In this document: piece after piece, positions 35,045 through 64,000 of the stretch
Layout of the letters: each line of letters starts with the position of its first letter
Position numbering within the stretch: position 1 is the stretch's first letter
NCBI RefSeq assembly: GCF_009914755.1
Contig: NC_060932.1
Origin: the human T2T-CHM13v2.0 reference genome, Homo sapiens
Strand: one strand, 5' to 3'
DNA: 64,000 bases
Program-made: the position numbers and the translations under genes
Notes under the pieces: generated by a model
Seen by the model: the letters and a program-made list of their open reading frames with translations, nothing else
Databases searched by the model: none
Told to the model about the DNA's origin: nothing

Positions 35045-35815
35045 TCATTTAACATAGTAAGAACCTTTTCTGTCATCTTTGCTAAGGCTGAATTGCAATG
35101 TTATCATCTTTAGGGCCCCAAAAGTAATTATGTTCACAGATTTTTAATGCTTTAATCTCATGTGTTTATTAGACAGTGAATGTTTACTTAAAATTAACCC
35201 CTGACATTTTCCAAATTGACTCACAAATTGGATAAAAGTTATATATGCTTTTATCTTTAAGTCTACTTTAAAAGAGAGTCTTAAATTTAGAAATACCAGA
35301 ATGTATTTACATGTTTGTAATTCAAAATGGAGTTTCTGCAAACACTTAATTTCCAAATTATATCAATGACATTTAAATAGATTATAATTGAAATTTGATG
35401 CTAGGAGTAATAATCATAATGCAAATTAGTTAGAAAAGTTATGACTGCTCAAATATTACTGTCTTACAAATTACTTATAATTATCATGCCGAAGTTTTGA
35501 CACCCATTTAAAATTCAGTTTCTTAGAGATTTAAGCATTATAAGGAAATAAGAATACTCTCTTCTTGTATAGATGTTAAATAAAATATCTTGTTTCCTTT
35601 AAAGATCCAAGAAATTAAAATAGCATTTTATAACATGACTTATGATAGTTAACAATCATGTCTTTTTTTAAAGAAAATTGTAAAAATTATTTGAATCCAT
35701 GAATATTGTTTGTTCTCATTTCTCTGAAGCCATATTAGGCTAATTTTGAGTGTCAAAGTTACTCCATCATGTGGTTTTGAGTGTTAAAAGCAAAACAAAT
35801 AGAAGTGAATATTCT

Positions 35816-36113
<298 letters not shown>

Positions 36114-37807
36114 GAAGTAAATATTCTGTGGTAACATAATAGTTTTTTAAGCAGGACACACATTGACCAAATATCTTAAATTTTCTTTCTAAGTTGTTAT
36201 TAACTCCCCCACATGAAATAGTAGTCAGTTATATAATAAAAGTTTTACTGTTCTTATTGAAGTTGGATAATTAACAGCAGAGTAAGCTCAACTAATTTAC
36301 ATGGGAAAAGACAACAATAGTATAAATAAATTTCCTTCATTTGACACCATCAAACAAAGTTGTTTAAACTTTCTCGTTCGTTTTCACATCGTTATCCCTT
36401 CAATTTATCCAAAGCATTTAAAATATGTTCTTGTTATTCTTCATAATAGGTACCCTGTGAGATACTGATTTTTCTTTTTTAATTATTAACAGGCAAGAAA
36501 ACGAGAGCTCAAGCAGGATGAATTTCAAGATGGCAATGGCAGAACTCAAAATTGCATTTGTCAGTGTCCAAAACCACTGTTCTTCCACAAGTCTTTTTTA
36601 TATAGAATTCTTTTTCTGTAATCTATTTTGTTTATGATAGCTAAACATTCAGTTTCATTTATATTATGTATTTTATCTTATTGTTTTTATAGTATTTTCT
36701 TTCTCTCCATACATTCTAATCAGTTTATTCACATGGTCAAACATTAACAGCAGATATTTATGACAATTTCTATTTAAAAACCTTAAACATTGATTACATT
36801 TTCAATTATTTTCTCCATACAGGCATACCTCAGAAATATTGTGCGTTCAGTTCCAAACCACAACAATAAAGTGAATATTGCAATAAAGTGAGTAACACAG
36901 ACTTTTTGGTTTCTGACACATAGAAAAGCTATGTTTACTCTATAGTGTAGTACATTAAGTGTGCAATGGCATTATGTCTAAACATCAATGTACATAACTT
37001 AATTGAAAATACTGTATTGCTAAAAAATGCTAATAATCATCTGGACCTTCAGCAAGTTATAACCTTTTTGTTGGTGGAAGCTCTTACCTCAATTTTCATG
37101 GCTGCTGACCAATCAGGGTGGTGGTTGCTAAAGGTTGGGGGGCTGTGGTAATTTCTTAAAATAAGAAAACAATGAAGTTTGCTACATTTACTGACATCTT
37201 TTAAGGGAAGATTTCTCTGTAGCATGCAATGCTGTTTGATAGCATTTTACCCTACAGTAGCATTTCTTTCAAAATTGGGGTTCACCTTATATAACCCTGC
37301 CATTGCTTCATCAACTAAATTTATTTAATATTTGAATTCCTTTGCAGTTATATAAACACTGTTAATAGCATTTTCTTGGCTCATCCATGTAAATCATTCT
37401 AGAAGATCCATTAAAATTTTATGATGAGATTGCAGCAATTCAGTCACATCTTCAAGCTCCACTGCTGATTCTAGGTCTCTTTCTATTTCCACCACAGCAG
37501 TGCTTCCTTCTTCCACTAAAGTCTTGAATCCCTCAAAGTCATCAATGAAGGTTGGAAGCAACTTCTTCTAAACTCCTATTAATGTTGATATTTTGACCTC
37601 CTCCCATGAATCACAAATATTCTTTTTTTTTGTATACATAGAGATGGGATCTTACTATGTTGACCAGGCTGGTGTTGAACTCCCGGCCTCAAGCAATCTT
37701 CCCATCTCAGCCTCCCAAAGTGCTGGGATTACAGGCATGAGCCACCGTGCCCAGCCTCCATGAATCACGAATGTTCTTAATGGCGTCTAGAACAGTACAT
37801 TCTTTCT

Positions 37808-38074
37808 TTTTTTTTTTTTTTTTACTTATTTATTTATTTATTAATTATTATTATACTTTAAGTTTTAGGGTACATGTGCACAATGTACAGGTTAGTTACA
37901 TATGTATACATGTGCCGTGCTGGTGTGCTGCACCCACTAAATGATAGACTGGATTAAGAAAATGTGGCACATATACACCATGGAATACTATGCAGCCATA
38001 AAAAATGATGAGTTCATGTCCTTTGTAGCCACCTGGATGAAATTGGAAATCATCATTCTCAGTAAACTATCACA
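37808..38074 (-). mobile_element. Young L1PA (L1PA2-like) short insertion with 5' inversion
   Basis: 19-bp TSD agaacagtacattctttct; antisense 3' end joined to a sense-oriented L1 segment at 37940/37941. Confidence 0.9.
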
Positions 38075-38171
38075 AGAACAGTACATTCTTTCTAAAAGGT
38101 TTTAAATTTGCTTTGCCCAAATCTCTCTGAGGAATCACTATCTGTGGCAGCTATAATCTTATGAAATTTCT

Positions 38172-38420
38172 TTCTTTTTTTAATTAAAAAAAATTTAATG
38201 TTGGTGGGTATATAGTAGGTGTATATATTTACGGGGTACATGAGATGTTTTGATACATGCATGCAACGAGTAATAATCACATCATGGAGAATGAGGTGTC
38301 CATCCCCTCAGCATTTATGCATTGTTACAAATAATTCAATTATACTCTTTTAGTTATTTTAAATTGTACAATTAAGTTACTGTTGAGTATAGTCAGCTTG
38401 TTGTACTATCGAATAGTTGA
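38172..38420 (-). mobile_element. L1MA 3' end fragment
   Basis: gggtacatgagatgttttgatac...aataatcacatcatggagaatg. Confidence 0.8.
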
Positions 38421-40073
38421 AATTTATTTCTCAGATAATATGACTTGGAAGTCAAATTTACTTCTTGCTGATCCATGGGCTGTAGAATGGATATTCTGTG
38501 AGCAGACCTAAAACAATATGAATCTCCTTGTGCATCTCTGTCATAGCTCTTGGGTAACTAGGTACATTATCAATGTATGGTAAAGTTTTGAAAAAAATAT
38601 CTTTTTTTCTGAGCAGTAGGTCTCAGCAGTTGGCTTAAAATATTAAGTAAACCACACTGCAAACAGATATGCTGTCATCAGGCTTTGTTCCATTTCCAGA
38701 GCAAAGGCAGAGTAGGTTTAGCATCATTCCTAAGGTCCCTAGGATTTTCTGAATGGTAAATGAGTACTGGCTTCAACCTAAAGTGTCCAGCTGCATTACC
38801 CACTAATAAGAGAGTCAGTCTGTCCTTTGAAGCTGTGAAACCAGGCATTGACTTCACTTCTTAGCTATGAAAGTCCTAGGAGACATCTTCTTCCAATGCA
38901 AGGCTATTTCAGCTGCACTGACAGTCTGTCATTTGGTGTGGTCACTTTCCTCAGTGACCTTAGCTAGATCAAGGTAACTTGCTACAGCTTCTCTATCAGC
39001 TCTTGCTGCCTTGCCTTGCACTTTCATGTTACGGAGGTGACTTCTTTCCTTAAACCTCATGAACCAACTTCTGCTAACTTCAAACTTTTCTTCTGCAGCT
39101 TCGGTCACTTCCTCACCTCTCTCAGCTTTTACAGAATTGAAGAGAGTTAGGGAGTTTCTCTGGATTAGGCTTTGGCTTAAGGAAGCGTTATGGCTGGTTT
39201 GATCTTCTATTCAGACCACTCAAAATTTCTCCATATCAGCAATAAGACTGTTTGCTTTCTTATCATTCATGTGTTTACTGGACCAGCACTTTTGATTTTT
39301 TTCAGGAACTTTTATTTGCATTCACAACTTAGCTAACTGTTTGGTGCAAGAGGCCTAGCTTTAAGGCTATCTCAGTTTTTGACATGTCTTCCTCACTAAG
39401 CTTAATAATTTCTAGCTTTTGATTTAAAGTGAGAGAAATGCAACTCTTCCTTTTATTTGAATACTTAGAGACCATTTTAGAGCTATTAATTGGCCTAAGA
39501 TTGTTGTGTCTCAGGGAATAGAGAGGCCAAGGGAGAGAGATGGCAAAAAGAGAAGAATGGGTGGTCAATGTAGCAGGCAGAACACATGCAACACATATTG
39601 ATTAGGTTTGCTGTCTTCTATGGGCACAGTTCATGGCACCCCAAACGAGTACAGTATTAACATCGGAAATCACGAATTACAGATCACCATAACAGATATA
39701 ACAGAAAGGAAAAAGTTTGAAATAATATGTGAATTACCAAAATGTGACACACAGGCATGAAGTAAGTACATGCTGTTGGAAAAATGATGCCAATAGAAGT
39801 GTTTGATGCAGCGTTGCCGGAAACCTTCAATTTGTAAAACACTCAATATCTGCAAAGCACAATAAAATGAGGGATGACTGTATACTGTTCAATATTTTTT
39901 TACTTATTATGAACATGGTGCTTTTTTAAATGATTTTTTTGAGATGTATCTAAATAGCTGCAAAGACATTCATTGTATGAATGTACAATAATTTAATGTA
40001 ACAACTATTTTTAATTTTTCTAAAATATATTTAAAAATTTTTAAATCACCCATAATATTATTATTGAAATTCA

Positions 40074-40333
<260 letters not shown>

Positions 40334-40429
40334 TTAACTTTCTTGTGTGGATCTTTCACAATAATTTTCTAAGTTTGTAATTATACATCAATAAGTATGT
40401 ATGTAGATCTGACACAGATCTCAGTCACC

Positions 40430-41000
40430 GGTTTCCTTAGCGCACCTGTCTCATGTATCCTTGGCCATCTACTCTGCCACCAGCCATGCCCTGTGGTTTC
40501 CTGCTCAGGCCCAAGTAGCTTTGCTGCCTGGTGACAACCAGTGTGCTGTCTGTCCTAGGAGTATAGCCTCTGATACACAGCCAGGTCCAGCAGTGATTGC
40601 CCAGAGATTCCAGCTTTTTCCTCTGTAGGAACTAGCAACCCATAAAATAGCTTGGGCTTTGGCATTTGAACTCACTATTGAAAGAATGATGCATTCTGGA
40701 GGTATGAGGGAGTTAATGTCCTATGGGGAATACTTTGTCAATGGAAAAAGAAGGTAGGAGGAAGCTGAGAAATTAAGCTTCTCTTCCCATAATCTACTCT
40801 GAAGTGGGATACCTATTTTTGGCTCATCCAGAAAAGTGTTCTATCTCAAGCAGATAATTGTTTCCCACTAATTTACTATAGTTTTGTGGTTTCTCATAAA
40901 GTAATAACCACTGACTCCCATTTCTAGCCAACCTTATTTCTCTTTCTCTTACCTATGCTGCCCTTTTTCTCACCTCCAAAAGAAAACATCTAATACGTGT
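40430..41000 (+). mobile_element. Old ERVL LTR (LTR16-like)
   Basis: ggggagttaatgtcctatgggg...tttgtcaatgg. Confidence 0.45.
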
Positions 41001-41104
41001 ATCAGAAAACACAATATAAAATAATAGATATGTACACATGTGTATTAAAAAATTAAACAGAACAAATATTAAACAAAATAGCTCTGAACCATCCATCATT
41101 TCAA

Positions 41105-44572
<3,468 letters not shown>

Positions 44573-44599
44573 TGAATAATTCTCAGATATATATGTTAA

Positions 44600-58315
<13,716 letters not shown>

Positions 58316-58327
58316 CTGTTAAATTTT

Positions 58328-58503
58328 TTCAGCTTTACTGAGGTATAATTGAGAAATAAATGTGAACATATTCAAGGTTTGCAATGTGATGTGTTTCTAT
58401 CTATATGCACATTCTGAAATGATTACCAAAACGAAGTCAATTAACATATTAATTACCTCACATAATAGCTTTTTGTGCGCATGCGTGGGATAAGAATACT
58501 TAA
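58328..58503 (-). mobile_element. L1MA 3' end fragment
   Basis: cagctttactgaggtataattga...tgaaatgattacca. Confidence 0.75.
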
Positions 58504-59393
58504 CCCCATCCCCAGTGACTGCAGAGTGGCCCTTCCAGCTGTTCCAGGCTCTGGCAGAGGAGGAGCAGAGCGGGTGGCACCGCCAGGGGAGCCCTCAGGC
58601 CTGGCGCGCACGCATTCCGGAGGTCGCCAGGCCATGCTCCGTCGCCTGGGCGCCCAAGCTGCAGCCCCAAATTTTTGGGTGGATTGTGGTTTTGGGGTGG
58701 ATCGCGGATTTGGGGCTGCACTTGGGCGCTGCCCGGCAACTCCCCAGCCCGCTCACACTGCCAGCATCGCAGAGCCGGGGCCAGAAGTCCCGGTGCTGCG
58801 GCCAAGCCAGGCGTTCTGCCCGGCGGCGGCTGCACAGGGGCGAGAACTGAGAACCTGCCGCTCAACCCCATCCTGGGTGACTGCGGAGTGCCCATGCCAG
58901 CGGCTTCTGTCTCCCTGCGGCGGAGGAGCGGGGCGGGAGGCACGGCCTAGGGGCCCTCAGGCTGGTCGCGCTGGCGATCCCGAGGCCGCCCAGGCCATGC
59001 CCCTCCAGCCCGCCTGGGCACCCAAGCTGCAGTCGCCCTCTGTGTGCAGGCAGCAGCCTCCGGGAAACCTCTAAGCCCGCCTGCTCTCCGAACATCTAAG
59101 AACCAGGACCAGATGTCCCCGTGGCTGCTGCCGAGCCAGGCGGTCCGCCCGACGGCGGCTGCACAGGGGCGAGAACCTGCCGCTCAATCCCATCCCCGGT
59201 GGCTGCGGACTGCTTCTGGCCAGCGGTCCCGAGCTCCGTCAGAGGAGGACGGCGGGTGGCACGACCAGGGATTTGAGGGTAGATTGCGGTTTTTGGGTGG
59301 ATCGCGGATTTGGGGGTGGATCGCAGATTTAGGGCTGGGAGGCGGGGTGGAAAGGCTACCTGGAGCCGCGGCGGCTCAGGAGCGGGTTGTTGA

Positions 59394-59834
<441 letters not shown>

Positions 59835-62200
59835 TGAAGCACTTGGTGGAGAATTTGATTTATCTCACAAAGTTAGGCATATACACGTTTAAAAGATAAG
59901 TCTCATATACATGATAGGGAGGTGCCTAATGAGAACTCATTCCCATATCAAAAATGCCATGAGTCATTTTCAGTAGGCGAAAAGTTCTCCGATAAAACCC
60001 TGCGTCTGTTTTACATCCGAATCCACCTATGCAGATAAATTCTTTACTGGGGCTCCTTAGAGGGAAACTTGGAAGTGGGAGGTGGGTTCCGTGTTCTTGA
60101 ATGGGAAGACTCAGTTTTCTCAAAATGTGAGCTCTTTCTATATTTATCAGTTTTACGTAAACCAAGTGAAAATATCAACGTTTTAACATTTTTGCATGAC
60201 ACTTGCTGTCTGTCTTTTTCTCTTGCGATGACATTTAAACATTTTTATAATGGAGTGAAAAAAGTCTTGCTCCTCTAGATATCAAAATGTGCTATTAATT
60301 CCCACAATTAACTGTTGACTAACAGCTGAAAAGACGTAAATACATGGAACAGGATAGGAAATCCCGAAACACTGAGATAAATGTAAGATATATACGTAGG
60401 GATTGTGGTAACATTTCAGATGAGTAGGAAGGTATGAGTTATTAATAACGTGTCCTATTTGAAGAAAACTAATGAAATTTTGTGCCACAAAAATGAGTTC
60501 CTGAAAGAATACAGATTGAAATTATTACATATGCAAAACGAAGAAAGTACCAGAAGAAAACAGAAATGCTTATTTATACAGGTACATTTTATATTGACAA
60601 AGGCCTTCCTAAGAATGACCTCACAAGTAGGCATTCTGAAGGTTGATTTAGCAACTAAAAATTAAAACCCCTTGTGTATCAGAAAAAATTAACAAAAGAT
60701 GACATACTTGAAAAATGCTATAATTTTTTACTTATATATAAATATATATTAATACATATTCAGATGAAAAGTGTGTCTTTATTCTACAGGGAACTTATTA
60801 CATTTTTTATTATATATAATATATATTACTGATTATAACAAATTGTATATATTACTGATATAATATGTTATATATATCAGTTTTATACACACACACACAC
60901 ACACACACACACAGATAAAAAGCACATCTTTATTTTACAGGGAATTCTTTCAAATAAAATCCAGAAGAAAAGAACTCTAAAAGTGAGCAAAGTACTTTTT
61001 TGCAGATCCACAACTTAACTTACGTACATAGGAAAAAATCCTTAGTGTTTCTCATAAGAGAATTTAAGTTAAAAGAGAAATGAGACTGTTTTCTATCCAC
61101 AATGTTTGTGAGAATAAAGAGCAGTGGTAGTTATACTGCTGCTTAAAGTTTAAGTTGCTGATGACTTTTCAAGTAGATAATTTGGTGGTAATTACCACAT
61201 TTAAAAAATCTATATGCCCTTTACCTATCAATTCCATTATATTAAAATACCTTTAGAAAATAGAGATACATGCACTTTGTTTTTTCTCAGCACTTATTTT
61301 AACAAGAAATGATAGGATAGATCCTATAAATAAATTTCAGTTGCATCCATAGGATGGAATAATATGTGACCATTTTGTTATAGCCAGTGAGAAAAAAAAG
61401 TCAGTTTGCTTGCATATACACACAAACATACTATGGTCTTGTGTTAGCCAAAACTATGTACAAAATATGATAAAAATTGTAACTTCTGAGCATTGGTATT
61501 TTAAGTAAAGTTTCTTGCTCCTTTTTCTTATCTGTGATTTCCGCAATGATCATGTATAAAACTTCTAGTAAAAGTTTATTATTAATGGAATAATCCTTGG
61601 GAAGAGAGAATATGAATCTTGCACAGGTAAAAATAATTTCTCGCTGTCTATTTTATCATTATTATTGCGTGGGTTGTTATCTTCTTTGAACTTTTAGCCT
61701 CTTCAGAAGTAAAAAGGGAATCTTTTTATGTATGCTTGCAGATTTTATTATGTATATATTTTATTAGGTACATATGCTTTTCTTATGTATAGATTCATTG
61801 AATATATGCAAACAATGACAGATTAAACATTTCATTTTGTATTCTTACAAAAATAATAAATAGCAAATATAATTACTATCACAAAAATATTGTTTTATAA
61901 AAGTTTTATTTAAAAATATTGAACTCCACAACTGTATTTATCCATTCTTTCAATCCATTTATTCATCAAACATAACATGAATGCTTGTTATGTAACAGAC
62001 ATATTCTACTATCTCTCAGGATCCTTCCATCCTTAAAAAGTTCATGTTTACCTGCCCTGACTGAGCAGTTTAAAGAATGTATATATAAATTACATGTATA
62101 TATATATAAATTAATTCTTTTAATTTAATTAGTTTAGCTTAGAATTCAGAGTTATTTCAGAAGTTAGTTGTAGCTAATTCATAATCTCAAACAGTATTGT

Positions 62201-62252
62201 CTGGAATCTTCTGATCCGTAGTCAGACACGTTATCCATCGCACCACTGGCCC
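62201..62252 (-). pseudogene. 3'-truncated (tailless) tRNA-Arg(ACG) retropseudogene
   Basis: Reverse complement GGGCCAGTGGTGCGATGGATAACGTGTCTGACTACGGATCAGAAGATTCCAG; 19-bp TSD. Confidence 0.9.
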
Positions 62253-62482
62253 GCGGTTTCTCAAACAGTACTGTCTGAAACAAATTCATTTACCTAATTA
62301 TGATCCCTGAAATTCTATATATTTTTGTATTAATATAAACAAGAAATTAGACTTTTAAGATTTTTAAGTTAGTGTGTTGTATTTTTCTCTATAGTCATAT
62401 TATAACAAATTGGACTTATGCAAATGGTTCTTCTATTTAATTTTTATAATAAATGGTTTGTATTTAGTAGATAAATATTAAT

Positions 62483-62788
62483 TACACTTGATTCTTGAAT
62501 AATGTGGGGGTTAGGGACTCTGATTTCTGTGGAATTGAAAATCCGAGTATAACTTTTGACCTCTTCCAAACTAGCCTACCATTGACTGGAAGCTTTACTG
62601 ATAACATAAACAGTCGAGGTACATATATTTGGTATGTGCCGCTGCATTATTTACTATGTTCTTAAAATAAAGTAAGCTAGATAAATGAAGCTGATATAAA
62701 GAAAATCATAGAAAAGAAAAAATATACTTACTATTCATAAAGCATAAATGAATCCTCCCAAAGGTCTTCATCTTCATCATCTTCAGGT
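62483..62788. mobile_element. Tigger2-family fragment
   Basis: Homologous to 2250-2560 (aataaagtaagcta, catcttcatcatcttca). Confidence 0.75.
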
Positions 62789-63147
62789 TTCCTGCCCTCT
62801 GCCTCTTTTAATCTGGTGGACCTCATTCTTTAAGTCTCAGCTCAGGCATGATCTCTAGAAAAGCCATCCCCGAAGGTTTTATTCCTATTCTTTACACCCC
62901 GGTGCCTACCACTTAGTAGGAACTCAATAATAAATATTTGGTAAAATAAAGACTGTTTATACAAAGATGATTGCTACAGTCTAGCTGCAAAGGGGATAGA
63001 CATGCAAAGACATGATGTACAGTTCAGGTGGTGAAGTGACACTAGAAAAATTGACAAAGTACTAAGGGAGCCCCAAGGAAGGAGATGCCTGTGTATGTGG
63101 AGAAAGATAGTCAGATTCAAGGAGGATTTCACATAGCATTCTGAGCC

Positions 63148-63448
63148 TTTTTTTTTTTCTTTTTCTGTTTTTGGAGACACATTCTTACTCTGTCACCCAG
63201 GGTGGAGTGCAATGGCATGATTAAGACTCATAGCAAACTCAAAACTCCTGGGCTTAAGGGAGCCTCTCGTCTCAACCTCTTGAGTAGCTGGGACTACAGG
63301 TGCTCACCACCATGCCTGGCAAATTTTCTGTAGAGTCAGGGTTTCTCTGTGGTCTCCAGGCTGGTCTTAAACTCTTGGCCTCAAGCAATTCTCCTTCCTG
63401 GGCCTTCCAAAGTACTGGGATTACAGGTGTGAGCTACTGTGCCCAGCC
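63148..63448 (-). mobile_element. AluJ-like
   Basis: Antisense degenerate Alu. Confidence 0.85.
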
Positions 63449-63974
63449 TACATTCAGAGTCTTAAAAAATGAAAATAAATTTGTCAGAATAGTAGAGGAA
63501 AACATTTCTGATGTAAAAAATAGGGTGTACACTAATAAAGGTACAAATGGTAACAATAATTTTGCAAATTATTAGTAAATACCAACTTGCATAGCATGTT
63601 GTTAAAAAGATACTATTATGAAGTAGAGAATAGTAAAGTGTTACTTTATATGTTTTTACTGTATTTTTAAATTTTGTTTTGTTTCCAGAAGTTTTGTTTA
63701 TTTATGTTGGGTGGAACAATTTGTGAGCAAACCTTAGATTTTTGCATGGCTTGAACCTACTGATACCTAGTGTCTCCCCAAGTGGTGCGTTGAAGTTTCA
63801 GATAACTAGAAGTATTTCTTAAAGATGTAAATATTCCAGTAAACATTAAGCTTTATTTAAACTCTCAATTTATAAAATAAGAGTATATATTATTTTGTAT
63901 CAATTTTTATAAAGATTATAGTCGTTATCTAACTGTACTAAGTCACTCATTTTAATTAAACGTGGATTTGTCAG

Positions 63975-64000
63975 CAGAACACGACTTAAAAGTGGCTTCA
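63975..64000 (+). pseudogene. Start of a downstream ANKRD18-like exon (AEHDLKVAS...), cut off by the window edge
   Basis: ttgtcag|CA GAA CAC GAC TTA AAA GTG GCT TCA matches the recalled ANKRD18A AEHNLKVASEE. Confidence 0.75.

Larger units (their letters stand above)
36820..39880 (-). mobile_element. Tigger1 DNA transposon with both termini, internal deletions and nested Alu/L1 insertions
   Basis: TA-caggcatacctc...gagggatgactg-TA; transposase remnant KRKSCISLTLNQKLEIIKLSEEDMSKTEIALKLGLLHQTVS. Confidence 0.92.

Noticed and set aside
39329-39568. TIGD1-like gene
   Set aside because: Decayed Tigger1 transposase with stops, deletions and nested insertions.
62201-62252. Functional tRNA-Arg gene
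   Set aside because: Lacks the T-loop/B box, the 3' acceptor strand and a terminator.

Overview
Human pericentromeric DNA, recognisable as chr8p11 just downstream of the middle of HGSNAT. The first 10 kb hold the last five coding exons and the ~3.2 kb 3' UTR of HGSNAT (+), plus an 87-bp in-frame cassette exon in the long intron. The intergenic region that follows is dense in Alu, L1, MaLR, MER21 and Tigger elements. It also contains an old ~600-bp inverted duplication around a CA-rich tract, a diverged ~110-bp tandem array, a V1R vomeronasal receptor pseudogene (-) and a partial duplicate of it, and several instructive retrotransposition events: an L1 3' transduction with a nested Alu, a twin-primed L1, and a tailless pre-tRNA-Arg(ACG) retrocopy. 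A ~9.9-kb HSat1A (SAR, 42-bp) satellite array with an internal strand switch sits inside an L1MB element. The window ends in an ANKRD18-like pseudogene (CpG island plus a dead exon 1) that appears to have lost its ankyrin-coding exons. Most of the ORF track is repeat-derived noise. Gene and subfamily names come from recognition by eye and memory, not from a database search.
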